A DNA stretch of 64,000 nucleotides from NCBI GenBank assembly GCA_963815115.1, contig CAWFFN010000009.1:1024001-1088000 (forward strand), given 5' to 3'. A program made the position numbers and the translations under genes. The notes beneath the pieces were generated by a model. The model saw only the letters and a list, made by a program, of their open reading frames with translations, was not told where the DNA came from and did not search any database. This DNA comes from an uncultured delta proteobacterium (GTDB lineage Bacteria > Desulfobacterota > Binatia > DP-6). Shown piece by piece: positions 10,413-19,683 of the stretch (position 1 is its first letter; each line of letters opens with the position of its first letter).

Positions 10413-10646
10413 CTACCAGAGATGCTCTTCGCGTTCCGCGTCCCTCTCGAGCGCGTCCTCGAGCGTCTCGAACGAGATGGTCCGGAAGCGGTTCAGGCGC
10501 GACGGGATGTGGGAAACCGGCCAGTCGATCTCGAGCTCGCCGGCGTGGTTGACGCGGTGTTCCGGCGGAGCCGGACCGTCCGTGTAGGCCGGGTCCATCG
10601 CCGGATCGAGCGGCTTGAGAGGGTAGAGCGAGCAGTTGGACATCAT
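10413..10646 (-). CDS. Small hypothetical protein (77 aa, Pro/acid-rich)
   Basis: Strong RBS GAGGAGG before ATG-ATG; co-oriented upstream of the SDR; genome-like codon usage. Confidence 0.65.
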   Translation of the reverse strand: MMSNCSLYPLKPLDPAMDPAYTDGPAPPEHRVNHAGELEIDWPVSHIPSRLNRFRTISFETLEDALERDAEREEHLW

Positions 10647-10778
10647 CGCAACGCCCTCCTCGGGGTGCTCTCGCCACAACGTAGCCCACAATGCCGGCGA
10701 CACTCAAGCGGCTTTCGCATTCCCTTGACTCCCGGATGGCAGGCTGCTCCACACTCTGACGCCCACAGGAGGAGCGAC

Positions 10779-11534
10779 ATGACCGACGCGAGCCGCGAGT
10801 TCCGCACCATAGCCGCCGGGCGGGCAGCGCCCGCCGCCCCCGTCGACGACTACCTGGCGGAACTCGACCGGCTGATCGCCGCGCACGACTACTTCGCCCA
10901 GGACCGGGTGATCCCCGCCATCGGGTGCGGCATCGCGTCGCGCGAGGTGGTGCAGAAGGTGGCCCTCGAGTTCTACACCCTCGGCAAGTGGATGACGCCC
11001 GAGTTCTCGATGCTGATCGCGAACGCGCCCGATGCCTACGCGTTCACGATGGAGGACTCGGTCCACTATCATCACTGGGCGCAGAACTTCGCCGACGAGG
11101 CGGGCTACCTGCGCGACCCGAACCACGTGCAGATGAAGGTCGACTTCTGCCACCAGCTCGGGCTCACCGACGACGACATCAGGCGCTACCAGCCGCTGCC
11201 CGAGACCATCGCCATGACGTGCACGATGCTCTACTACGTCCGCCGCTCGTACGAGGAAGGCCTCGCCGTCTTCGGCTACGCCGGCGAGCGCGTCGCCGCC
11301 GGCAGCGGGTACGCCAAGACGCTGTACGATGGCCTGCGGACCCACTACGGCGTGGGCGTCAAGAACTTCGAGGTCCACGCCTACGCCGAGCCGGACCACG
11401 GGCAGAAGGCCGCCGATCTCTTCCGGCTCGTCGTCGAGACGAGAACGGCTCAGGAGCGCTGCCGCGACGCCATCCGCAACTACCTGCTGGTAGCCGAGGC
11501 TCGGGTCCGCACGATGAACAGCTGGGTCGCGTGA
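10779..11534 (+). CDS. Heme-oxygenase-like diiron oxidase (PqqC/CADD/TenA-like iron-containing redox enzyme)
   Basis: AGGAGGAG RBS; all-helical; NFADE..DPNH, GYAGE and EVHAYAEPDH (H-x3-E-x2-H) ligand set. Confidence 0.78.
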   Translation: MTDASREFRTIAAGRAAPAAPVDDYLAELDRLIAAHDYFAQDRVIPAIGCGIASREVVQKVALEFYTLGKWMTPEFSMLIANAPDAYAFTMEDSVHYHHWAQNFADEAGYLRDPNHVQMKVDFCHQLGLTDDDIRRYQPLPETIAMTCTMLYYVRRSYEEGLAVFGYAGERVAAGSGYAKTLYDGLRTHYGVGVKNFEVHAYAEPDHGQKAADLFRLVVETRTAQERCRDAIRNYLLVAEARVRTMNSWVA

Positions 11535-12178
11535 GTCCCGACGCTCGGCGCGCGCGCCGCCCCGGGCGGCCCGCCGGAGCGAGCGGCGATCGGACCCGGG
11601 AACGGGTGCTCCGCGCTGGCGTCGCCATATTCGGACGCCAGGGCCTGGCCGGCACCTCGGTGCGGGACATCGCGCGCCACGCCCGGATCCGCGTCTCGAG
11701 CCTCTACCACTACTTTCCTTCCAAGGAGGCGCTCTACGGCGCCGTCCAGGAGCGCGTGCACGGACAGGTGCGCGAGCTGGTCGTCTCCGCCCTCGGTCAG
11801 GGTCTGGACCTGCGGGAAACCACCCGGGCCGCGGTCGGCAGGCTCTTCGATCTCTTTCTCGCCAACCCCTCGTTCGTGCAGCTCGGCTACCGGACGGCGC
11901 TGGAGAGCCCATCGCGGTTCGGCGCCGAACGGCGGATCGCGGATCGCTGGCTCGGCCTCCTCGACGGGGTGCTGAGGCCGGCGCAGGAGCGGGGCGAGAT
12001 CAAAGGCATCGATCCCGTGCTGTTCATGGTGACGATCGACGGGCTGGTACACTGGCACATCGTCAACGACGGGCTCTACCGCCAGCTGCTCGGCCAAGGC
12101 CTCGACGATGCCGACGTCGCCCGGCGGGTCCGCGAGCACGTCATCACCGTGGCACTGCGCACCCTGGGACTCGAATGA
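11531..12178 (+). CDS. TetR/AcrR family transcriptional regulator
   Basis: GTSVRDIARHARIRVSSLYHYFPSKEALY HTH; GTGA overlap with the upstream gene. Confidence 0.9.
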   Translation: MSPDARRARRPGRPAGASGDRTRERVLRAGVAIFGRQGLAGTSVRDIARHARIRVSSLYHYFPSKEALYGAVQERVHGQVRELVVSALGQGLDLRETTRAAVGRLFDLFLANPSFVQLGYRTALESPSRFGAERRIADRWLGLLDGVLRPAQERGEIKGIDPVLFMVTIDGLVHWHIVNDGLYRQLLGQGLDDADVARRVREHVITVALRTLGLE

Positions 12179-12198
12179 GGCAGGGCTCAGGGCAGACC

Positions 12199-12244
12199 TT
12201 GACACGGGGCGTCGGACGGTTATTCTATCGAACGATCGTTCGAT
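12199..12244 (+). promoter_or_regulatory. Sigma70-type promoter TTGACA-N16-TATTCT followed by a perfect 18-bp palindromic operator ATCGAACGATCGTTCGAT
   Basis: -35 at 12199-12204, -10 at 12221-12226, palindrome at 12227-12244. Confidence 0.75.
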
Positions 12245-12258
12245 TACGGAGAGAGAAA

Positions 12259-12381
12259 GTGCCCAACCTCGTGGACATGACCCTGATGCTGCGCCCGTTC
12301 TTCTGGCTGATGGTGGGGATTGCCGGGCTGGCACCCGTTGCCATCGCCGTGGCCCGCCGGTTCGCGCCGCCCGTCTCCTGA
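12259..12381 (+). CDS. Small single-TM protein (40 aa)
   Basis: GGAGAG RBS plus GTG; MPNLVDMTLMLRPFFWLMVGIAGLAPVAIAVARRFAPPVS; has its own promoter and operator. Confidence 0.55.
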   Translation: MPNLVDMTLMLRPFFWLMVGIAGLAPVAIAVARRFAPPVS

Positions 12382-12387
12382 GTGGCC

Positions 12388-13611
12388 TCAGGACGCCCGC
12401 GCCTGCCGGGCGCGGAACCTGATCGCCAGCCGGCCGGGGACGCGGAAGAGCGACGGTCCCCATTCGACCGCGCCCGATTCGAGCGCCAGGTCGTCGAAGC
12501 GGCGGACGAGCTCGCCGATGGCGACCTGGGCTTCCGTCCGGGCCAGGTGGGCGCCCAGGCAGTAGTGGGGGCCGCCACCGAAGGCGAGATGGTCGTTCGG
12601 GGTGCGCTCGATGTCGAAGCGGTCCGGATCGGGAAAGCGAGCGGGGTCTCGGTTGGCGGCGGCGAGCATGCCCCACACCTTCGCGTCCTTCGGCACCATC
12701 TTGCCGCCGAACTGGACGTCGGCGTGCAGCACGCGCGCGGTGAGGATGATCGGACCGTCGAAGCGTAGGCACTCCTCGACCGCGCTGACGATCAGCCCGG
12801 GACGCGCCCGCAGCTTCGCCAGCTCGCCGCCGTGCAGGATCAGCTGGCGCACGCCGTTGCCGATCAGACCGATGGTGGTCTCGAAGCCGGCGATGAGGAG
12901 GCCGATGGCCTGGGACAGGAGCTCGAGCGGGTCGAGCCGATCCCCTGCCTCCTCGGCGCGGATGAGCGCGCTCAGCAGGTCGTCCGTCAGGCTGGTGCGC
13001 CGCGCCTCGACGAGCTCCTGGAAGTAGGCGGCGAGCGACATCGCCGCCGTCGTCGCCTCGGCGACCACCTCGGGTGGCGCCACGCCCGCCGCGAGCCCGA
13101 AGGTGGCCTTGGCGGTCCACTCGGTGAAGCGGGCGCGGTCCTCGATCGGAACGCCCATCATCTGGCAGATCAGCGTCGACGGCACCGGCAGGGCCAGGTC
13201 GGCGATGACGTCCATGCGGCCGTGCGGCGCCACCCGGTCGAGGCATTCGTCCACCACCCGCTCGATGTCGACGCGCCAGCCGCCCACTGCCCGGGGCGTG
13301 AAGCCGTGGCTCACCAGCTTGCGCAGCCGCGTGTGGGTCGGCGGGTCCTGCTGCAGCATGAACAGCCGCGGTCCGGCCTGCTGCTCGTCGACTCCCGGCA
13401 GCTCGCCATCCTTCGTCCGCACGCCGGCCGGCACGTCGTGCAGCAGGCGATCGACGTCGGCATAGCGCGTGAGCCGCCAGATGCCGATCGGCGTCTCGTT
13501 CACGGGGTCGATCTCGCGCAGACGCGCGAGGAAGGGGTAGGGATCATCGCGCACCGCCGGATCGAACGGGTCGACGCCCCGCCAGGGGTCGTCCGCCTGC
13601 GCCGTCGTCAT
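12388..13611 (-). CDS. Cytochrome P450
   Basis: AGFETT (I-helix), EECLR (ExxR), HLAFGGGPHYCLG heme motif. Confidence 0.95.
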   Translation of the reverse strand: MTTAQADDPWRGVDPFDPAVRDDPYPFLARLREIDPVNETPIGIWRLTRYADVDRLLHDVPAGVRTKDGELPGVDEQQAGPRLFMLQQDPPTHTRLRKLVSHGFTPRAVGGWRVDIERVVDECLDRVAPHGRMDVIADLALPVPSTLICQMMGVPIEDRARFTEWTAKATFGLAAGVAPPEVVAEATTAAMSLAAYFQELVEARRTSLTDDLLSALIRAEEAGDRLDPLELLSQAIGLLIAGFETTIGLIGNGVRQLILHGGELAKLRARPGLIVSAVEECLRFDGPIILTARVLHADVQFGGKMVPKDAKVWGMLAAANRDPARFPDPDRFDIERTPNDHLAFGGGPHYCLGAHLARTEAQVAIGELVRRFDDLALESGAVEWGPSLFRVPGRLAIRFRARQARAS

Positions 13612-13798
13612 GCATGACGGCTATGGCGCGGATCGCGAGGAGTCAATGCAGCCGAGAACGCTGCCGAGCGTCCGGCAACGCCGGTGAAAGGGGCGAATTG
13701 ACTACATGGCGGAAGACAAGGTAGCAGACTCGCAGCAACAAAGGCGGGACAGCAGATCTCTCACTGACCGAGCACGGCAGAGCACGGTGGGAGGACGG

Positions 13799-16003
13799 AT
13801 GACCATCCCCTTCGCTGTTCGCGGTCCCGCACGCCGTTGTTTTGGGTTGCTCGTCGCGCTGTGCGTGGCAGCGTCACACGGAGTGACGTTCGCGTCCGGC
13901 GAGGACAGTCTTGCGAAGCACCTGCGGATGCAGGCGGATTCCTTGCGGCACGAGAAGACGCTGACGCGCGCGCAACAGAGGACCGATTCGGTACTCCGTC
14001 CATATGCGTGGCCGAAGCTCTCGCCCCAGCGACAGCCGGACGTCTCATCACCCTCGTCCCTGATCCTGCCATGGCGAAATGCAGGAAGGCTCCACGTCCT
14101 CGTGCAGACCAGAGGAACCGCCTCGGACAGTGCCGCGCTTCTTGCGGGCGCTGGGCTCGACATCGAGCTCGGCAACGACTCGTTCCACCTCGTGCAGGGC
14201 TGGATCCCCGAAGGCGGACTCGCCACGCTCGCGGCCCTGGAAGTGGTTCAGGGGATCACTCCCGCATGGCCTCCGGAGCCCAGTACCGGAAGGGTGACCA
14301 GTGAGGGCGACCCGGCTTCACGCGCCGATCTCGTACGCCAACAGGGGTACGATGGGTCCGGCGTCGTCTTCGGAGTGATCTCGAACGGCGTCGACAGCCT
14401 CGCGGCCAGCCAGGCGTCAGGAGACCTTGCGTCGGTGGCGGTTCCTCCCGATACGCGCTGCAAGCGCGGGAGTGGCGACGAGGGTACCGCGATGCTCGAG
14501 ATCGTGCACGATCTCGCTCCTGGCGCGGCCCTCCTGTTCTCCGGGCCTGCGACCAGCCTCGAGATGGTCGACACGATTGCCTGTCTGGTTTCCGCTCACG
14601 CGAAGGTCATCGTCGACGACGTGGTGTTCTTTGGTGAGCCGTTCTTCCAGGACGGCCCGGTCGCGCAGGCGGCCGCGACCGCGGTTGCGGCTGGAGCTTC
14701 GTACCACACCTCGGCTTCGAACTATGGGGCCGGTAAGTATCTCGCTGAAAACTATCGGCCTGGTCCGAGCGGATTCCACGACTTCGATCCCGGTGCGGCC
14801 CAGGACATCGTGGACCGCGTGGTCGTCGGCCCGGGGGGACTGCTCAGATGCTTCCTCCAGTGGGCCGACCCGTTCGGTGGCTCCTACAACGACTACGATT
14901 TGATGGTCGTGAATCCGAGCACCGGCAGTGTCCTGGCTTCGAGCACGAACCCACAGACGGGCTTTCAGAACCCGTCGGAGATGGTGGCTTTTGGAAACCC
15001 ACTCGGGACCTCGGTGTTGGTGGGCGTCGTCATCCGCTTGTTCGCGGGCTCTTCCAGGGCCCTCAAGATGTTCTGTCCAGACTTCCCCCTGCAGTACTCC
15101 AGCGCACAGTTCGGCATCTCCGGCCAGGCAGCTCGACCAGACGTGATCACCGTCGCCGCCCTCGATGCACACGATGCCGGCCTGAACGATGTCGAGCCGT
15201 TCAGCACCCAGGGCCCGAGCCCGATCTTCTTCCCCAGCGCCATCACCCGCCCGAAACCCGATCTGACCGCCTTCGACGGAGTTTCCACGACGCTGTCACA
15301 CTTCAACCCGTTCTTCGGGACATCAGCGGCAGCCCCTCATTCCGCGGCCGTGGCCGCCCTCCTGTTGAGCAAGAACCCCGCGCTCTCGCCGGCTCAGCTC
15401 CAGGGCATCCTGACCTCCACGGCGGTCGACATCGCATCCCCGGGGTTCGACAACAGGACGGGGTTCGGACGCATCGATGCTCTGGCGGCGGCCAATGCGG
15501 TCAGCCTCCCGACGCCCGCACCTGGATGCTCGGTGGGTAGCTGCGACGACGGGAACTTCTGCACGGACGACTCGTGCGACCCATCGACCGGCTGCCAGCA
15601 CGTAGCGAACGGTGCATCGTGTAGTGACGGTGTGCCGTGCACGGTGCCCGACAGGTGCGGCGGCGGTCAGTGTCAGCCGGGAGCGTTCGTGACCGCCGCA
15701 TCGGTGAGCACGCTCATCACGGCCGGCGTGAACGCGTCCTTGGCTCACTGCGCGACCGACAAGCGGAGCGTCGTGAAGAAGGTGACGACTCCTCTCGTGA
15801 AGGCAGCCAAGTCCTTCTCTCTTGCCGAGCTGGCGGGCGCTGGAACGAAGAAATGGACCAAGAAGGTGTCGGAGGCAGAGAAGTCGATCGGAACCGCCAG
15901 GTCGAAGCTCACGAAGGTTCAGGCCAAGCTCTCGGCATCATGTGTCGACGATCTCGGGCAGGCAATCGCCGCCGGCAGCCTCGGAGATGCTTGCCTCAGA
16001 TGA
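13799..16003 (+). CDS. Secreted S8 subtilase-like peptidase with Cys-rich C-terminal module (start uncertain)
   Basis: FFGTSAAAPH, KPDLTA, DEGTAMLEIVHDLAPGA, GFGRIDA; CDDGNFCTDDSCDPSTGC tail. Confidence 0.8.
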   Translation: MTIPFAVRGPARRCFGLLVALCVAASHGVTFASGEDSLAKHLRMQADSLRHEKTLTRAQQRTDSVLRPYAWPKLSPQRQPDVSSPSSLILPWRNAGRLHVLVQTRGTASDSAALLAGAGLDIELGNDSFHLVQGWIPEGGLATLAALEVVQGITPAWPPEPSTGRVTSEGDPASRADLVRQQGYDGSGVVFGVISNGVDSLAASQASGDLASVAVPPDTRCKRGSGDEGTAMLEIVHDLAPGAALLFSGPATSLEMVDTIACLVSAHAKVIVDDVVFFGEPFFQDGPVAQAAATAVAAGASYHTSASNYGAGKYLAENYRPGPSGFHDFDPGAAQDIVDRVVVGPGGLLRCFLQWADPFGGSYNDYDLMVVNPSTGSVLASSTNPQTGFQNPSEMVAFGNPLGTSVLVGVVIRLFAGSSRALKMFCPDFPLQYSSAQFGISGQAARPDVITVAALDAHDAGLNDVEPFSTQGPSPIFFPSAITRPKPDLTAFDGVSTTLSHFNPFFGTSAAAPHSAAVAALLLSKNPALSPAQLQGILTSTAVDIASPGFDNRTGFGRIDALAAANAVSLPTPAPGCSVGSCDDGNFCTDDSCDPSTGCQHVANGASCSDGVPCTVPDRCGGGQCQPGAFVTAASVSTLITAGVNASLAHCATDKRSVVKKVTTPLVKAAKSFSLAELAGAGTKKWTKKVSEAEKSIGTARSKLTKVQAKLSASCVDDLGQAIAAGSLGDACLR

Positions 16004-16052
16004 GCTGGCGCAGTCGTCATCTCACGGGGTCGATGCGGACCGGACGCTCAGG

Positions 16053-17168
16053 CTACGCCGACAGACCGAAGGCGCGTGCTGCGTTTTCGCCGAGGATCTT
16101 TCGCTTGCTCTCGTCCGGGATGGGCTGCTCCTCCAGACGTTCCATCCCCCACGGCCACGTGCCGTCGGGATGCGGATAGTCGGTGTTGAAGGTGAAGTTG
16201 TCGTCGCCGGTGAGCGCGACGGCGGCGGGCAGCGTGCGTTCATCGCCGCGGCAGGCGACGAACACGTTGCGCCGGAAGTACTCCGTCGGTCGCATCTTCA
16301 GATTCGGGTGCTCGGCGTTGCCCGAGAAGTCCCAGTGCTGCTCCATGCGCTGGAGCAGGTAGGGCACCCACCCGGCATCGGCCTCGACGTGCACGACGCG
16401 CAGCCGCGGAAAGCGCTCGAAGACCCCGTACCAGATGAGGCCGACCATCGCCGCCATGGCCTCGAAGGGATGCGCGATGATGTGCCCGCTGGTGTGGGTG
16501 TCGAGCCGCTTGCCGAACGAGGGGAGGTGGGGCGACCCGGAGTCGTGGATGGAGAGCGGCACGCCGAGTCGCTCGACCTCGGCCCACAGCGGCGCGTGGT
16601 CGTCGTGGTAGAGGTTGCGGCCGCAGATCGGGTTGGGCCGGAGGTAGTAGGCGGCGGCCCCTCGCGCCGCGGTCCGCCGCGCCTCCTCGATGGCGAGGTC
16701 GACCGCCTGCAGCGGCAGGATGGCGGCCCAGCGCAGGCGGTCGGGCGCCGCCGCGCAATACCTCGCGCTCCAGTCGTTGTAGGCGCGACAGCACGCCGCG
16801 AGCAGTTCCACGTCCTCGAACGCCCTGCCGAGCATCTGCCCTCCGGACGTCGGATAGAGGACCTGCACGTCGACGCCGTGCTCGTCCATGTCGGCCAGGC
16901 GCGCCGGAGCGCCGAAGCCCGCTTGCCGCAGCCGCCCGAAGCGTTCCATGCCGCGACGGAGCGCGGCCAGGAACTCCGGCGAGTGGAAGCGGTAGCCGCT
17001 CTCCTCGTCGGTGAAGGGCTCGCCCTCGACCATCATCGTGCGGGTCCCGTGATAGTCGCCGAGCCGGGGTGCACGATCGCGGAACGGCGGCTCGACGTGC
17101 TCCACCCAGAGGTCGAGCGGCTCGATCTGGTGGCAGTCGGTGTCGATCACCAGGCAGCCGTTGCGCAT
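16053..17168 (-). CDS. Amidohydrolase family protein
   Basis: IDTDCHQIEP, RLADMD, YNDW, EADAGWVP, TDYPH. Confidence 0.88.
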   Translation of the reverse strand: MRNGCLVIDTDCHQIEPLDLWVEHVEPPFRDRAPRLGDYHGTRTMMVEGEPFTDEESGYRFHSPEFLAALRRGMERFGRLRQAGFGAPARLADMDEHGVDVQVLYPTSGGQMLGRAFEDVELLAACCRAYNDWSARYCAAAPDRLRWAAILPLQAVDLAIEEARRTAARGAAAYYLRPNPICGRNLYHDDHAPLWAEVERLGVPLSIHDSGSPHLPSFGKRLDTHTSGHIIAHPFEAMAAMVGLIWYGVFERFPRLRVVHVEADAGWVPYLLQRMEQHWDFSGNAEHPNLKMRPTEYFRRNVFVACRGDERTLPAAVALTGDDNFTFNTDYPHPDGTWPWGMERLEEQPIPDESKRKILGENAARAFGLSA

Positions 17169-17181
17169 CGTCGCTCTCCTC

Positions 17182-18219
17182 TCACAGCTGGCGCGCGACC
17201 GCCTCGCAGAATCCGGTGCAGGAGGCGTCGCCGCCCTGATCCGGGGTGAGGTGGTCACCCGCGGCGTACACGCGCGCCACCGCCGTCTCGAGCCGCCGTG
17301 CGGCATCCCCGAGACCGAGGTACTCGAGCATCATCGCTGCCGACAGGATGGTCGCCGTGGGATTGATGGTGTTGCGGCCCGCGAGGTCGGGCGCGGTCCC
17401 GTGGACGGATTCGAAGTAGGCGTAGCCGTCGCCGTAGCAGCCGCTCGGGGCGAGCCCGAGGCCGCCGATGAGACCCGCCGCCGCGTCCGACAGGACATCG
17501 CCGTAGAGGTTCGGCATCACGACGACGTCGAGTGCGTGCGGCTCGGCCACCAGCCGCCGGGCGAAGTCGTCGACCAGGAAGGTCTCGAACGCCACGTCGG
17601 GATAGTCTGTGGCCACGTCGAGCGCGACCGTCCGGAAGAGCCCGTCGCTCTGCGGCAGCATGTTGTGCTTGGTGGCGCAGGTGACCTTCGGCGGGTGGCT
17701 GCGGCCGCCCTCCCGACGCCGGCGCGCGAGCTCGAACGCGAAGCGCACGACGCGCTCGGCTCCCGCCTCGGTGATGACCTTGAGCGCGAAGCGTCCGGGG
17801 CCGACGTCGGCGACCGGCTTGCGGAGCGTTGGGCTCGCGAGCGCGGCGGGGCGGAGCATCTCGAGGTCGCCCTCGACGCCGACGTAGAGGTCTTCCAGGT
17901 TCTCGCGGACGATGACGAAGTCGATGCCCTGCGGCCGCGCCAGCGGACTCCGGAATCCCGGCAGCCAGCGCGTCGGCCGGACGTTCGCGTAGGTCTGCTT
18001 GCCCCAGCGCAGGTAGAAGAGCGCCCAGGTGCTCGGGCCGCTCGTCGCCCCGAAGAGCGCCGTCGCCGATTCGTCGATGGCGCGCCGGGTGGCGGCGTGG
18101 TCCTCGATCGGCGGCCGTACCCATTCGAGATCCGGTGCGAGACGGTCGAGCAGGGCGACGGTCGGGCGCACCGCCTCGGGAGCCGCGTCGTCGCCCTCGA
18201 TGACCACGACCCGCGGCAT
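17182..18219 (-). CDS. Isocitrate/isopropylmalate dehydrogenase family protein
   Basis: RENLEDLY, PNLYGDVLSD, FESVHGTAPDLAG, TPDQGG. Confidence 0.9.
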   Translation of the reverse strand: MPRVVVIEGDDAAPEAVRPTVALLDRLAPDLEWVRPPIEDHAATRRAIDESATALFGATSGPSTWALFYLRWGKQTYANVRPTRWLPGFRSPLARPQGIDFVIVRENLEDLYVGVEGDLEMLRPAALASPTLRKPVADVGPGRFALKVITEAGAERVVRFAFELARRRREGGRSHPPKVTCATKHNMLPQSDGLFRTVALDVATDYPDVAFETFLVDDFARRLVAEPHALDVVVMPNLYGDVLSDAAAGLIGGLGLAPSGCYGDGYAYFESVHGTAPDLAGRNTINPTATILSAAMMLEYLGLGDAARRLETAVARVYAAGDHLTPDQGGDASCTGFCEAVARQL

Positions 18220-18393
18220 GTGCTATGCGGGCGAACCAGACGGGACGATCCCGCGTGGCGGTTCGGTGGGGGAGCGGGAGGGGCTGCCGCGATCACCGCC
18301 CATGCGCGGACCGTACGTCAGGAACGCCGTGCCGTACAAGAGCGTCGACAACACCGGGCCGGTGGCCTAGCATCACCGGCGCAGGAGAGGGAA

Positions 18394-19167
18394 GTGCCGA
18401 CCATCGTCCGCGACGGAACGACGCTGGCCTACGAGGAACGTGGGACGGGCGAGCCGCCCTTCGTGTTCGTGCACGGCTGGACCTGTGATCGATCGTTCTT
18501 CGCGCCGCAGGCCGAGCATTTCGCGCGGCGCCACCGGGTCGTCTCCGTCGACCTGCGCGGCCACGGGGAGAGCGACAAGCCCGAGGGACCGTATTCCATC
18601 GCGACGTTCGCGGACGACATCGCCTACCTGATGGAGCGGCTCGGGCTCGGCAAGGCCGTCGCCGTCGGTCACAGCATGGGAGGCATCACGGTCCTCCAGC
18701 TGGCCGCCGCGCATCCGGACCGGGTCGCGGCCATCGTCATGGTCGAGCCGGCGCCGTTCTCGATTCCTCCCGAGGTGCGATCCGAGGTCGAGGCGCTCGC
18801 CGCCGCCATCGAAGCCGGCCAGGAGGAGCCGCGGCGCGGGTTCATCGTGAGCCGGTTCTTCCTGCCGACCTCCGACCCGACCCTGGTGGAACGGGTGCTC
18901 GGCGTGATGATGGCTGCACCCGACCACGTCGCGGCGGGCGCGATCCGTGCCGCCTTCGAGTTCGACGCGCCGGCGGCAGCGGCGCGCTGCAGGGTGCCAG
19001 CGCTCCACGTGGCCGGGACGCCGCCGTTCAACGAGCCGCATCGCATGTCACAGTGGCTGCCGACCGTCGTCAACGGATGGACCGTCGGTGCCGGCCACTT
19101 CAACCAGCTCGAGGCCCCCGAGCAGGTCACCGCGATGATCGAGGGCTTCCTGCGCCACCACGTGTGA
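18394..19167 (+). CDS. Alpha/beta fold hydrolase
   Basis: VHGW, DLRGHG, GHSMGG nucleophile elbow, GHFNQLEAP. Confidence 0.88.
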   Translation: MPTIVRDGTTLAYEERGTGEPPFVFVHGWTCDRSFFAPQAEHFARRHRVVSVDLRGHGESDKPEGPYSIATFADDIAYLMERLGLGKAVAVGHSMGGITVLQLAAAHPDRVAAIVMVEPAPFSIPPEVRSEVEALAAAIEAGQEEPRRGFIVSRFFLPTSDPTLVERVLGVMMAAPDHVAAGAIRAAFEFDAPAAAARCRVPALHVAGTPPFNEPHRMSQWLPTVVNGWTVGAGHFNQLEAPEQVTAMIEGFLRHHV

Positions 19168-19192
19168 GCCGTCGAGCCGCTCGCACGAACCG

Positions 19193-19573
19193 TCATCCGT
19201 AGTAGCGGATCTCGATCAGGTGGCGGTCCGGATCGAAGCAGTACACCGCCTTGCCCGCTCCCTTCGAGCCGGGCTCGTCTCCGGGACCCTGCATGCTCCC
19301 CACCGTCTGGAACGAGTCGCCGTATGGAACGCCCGCGTCTCGGATCCGGCGGAAGGCGTCGTCGAACTCCGGGCGCGTCATGGCGAAGGCGAGGTGCTCG
19401 CCCCCCTTCGTGCCCCAGGGCGCGAGCTGGAGCGTCGTGTCCGCGTTCACGCGGACGACGGAGAACGGATCGCGCTCTCCTTCGTGCACGAAACCGAGGA
19501 CGGTGGTGTAGAACCGCAGGCTCTTCTCCCGGTCGTTCACCATCAGGATGAGATGGTCGAGGGTCACCGGCAT
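19193..19573 (-). CDS. VOC/glyoxalase family protein
   Basis: LDHLIL, FYTTVLG, HLAF, DPDRHLIEI. Confidence 0.85.
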   Translation of the reverse strand: MPVTLDHLILMVNDREKSLRFYTTVLGFVHEGERDPFSVVRVNADTTLQLAPWGTKGGEHLAFAMTRPEFDDAFRRIRDAGVPYGDSFQTVGSMQGPGDEPGSKGAGKAVYCFDPDRHLIEIRYYG

Positions 19574-19646
19574 CTCCGTGTCCTCCCGGCGTCACGCCGT
19601 CGGGCTTCGTGCCCGGCCCGGCCTCCCGCGCTCTCCCCGTCTCTCC

Positions 19647-19676
19647 TTGACAGGAGCGGAAGTGTTTCGCCATACC
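19647..19676 (+). promoter_or_regulatory. Putative promoter TTGACA-N18-CATACC, shared architecture with 21311-21340
   Basis: 23/30 identical to 21311-21340; ATG 7 nt downstream (possibly leaderless). Confidence 0.55.
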
Positions 19677-19683
19677 AGCCTCG

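Noticed and set aside
10779-11534. Annotation as pqqC or tenA
   Set aside because: No pqqABDE or thiamine-salvage context; the ligand pattern fits a diiron HDO better.
18220-18393. Possible sRNA or tRNA in intergenic gaps (also 6720-6980 and 21100-21310)
   Set aside because: No cloverleaf, T-loop or recognisable riboswitch consensus by eye; an Rfam scan would be needed.
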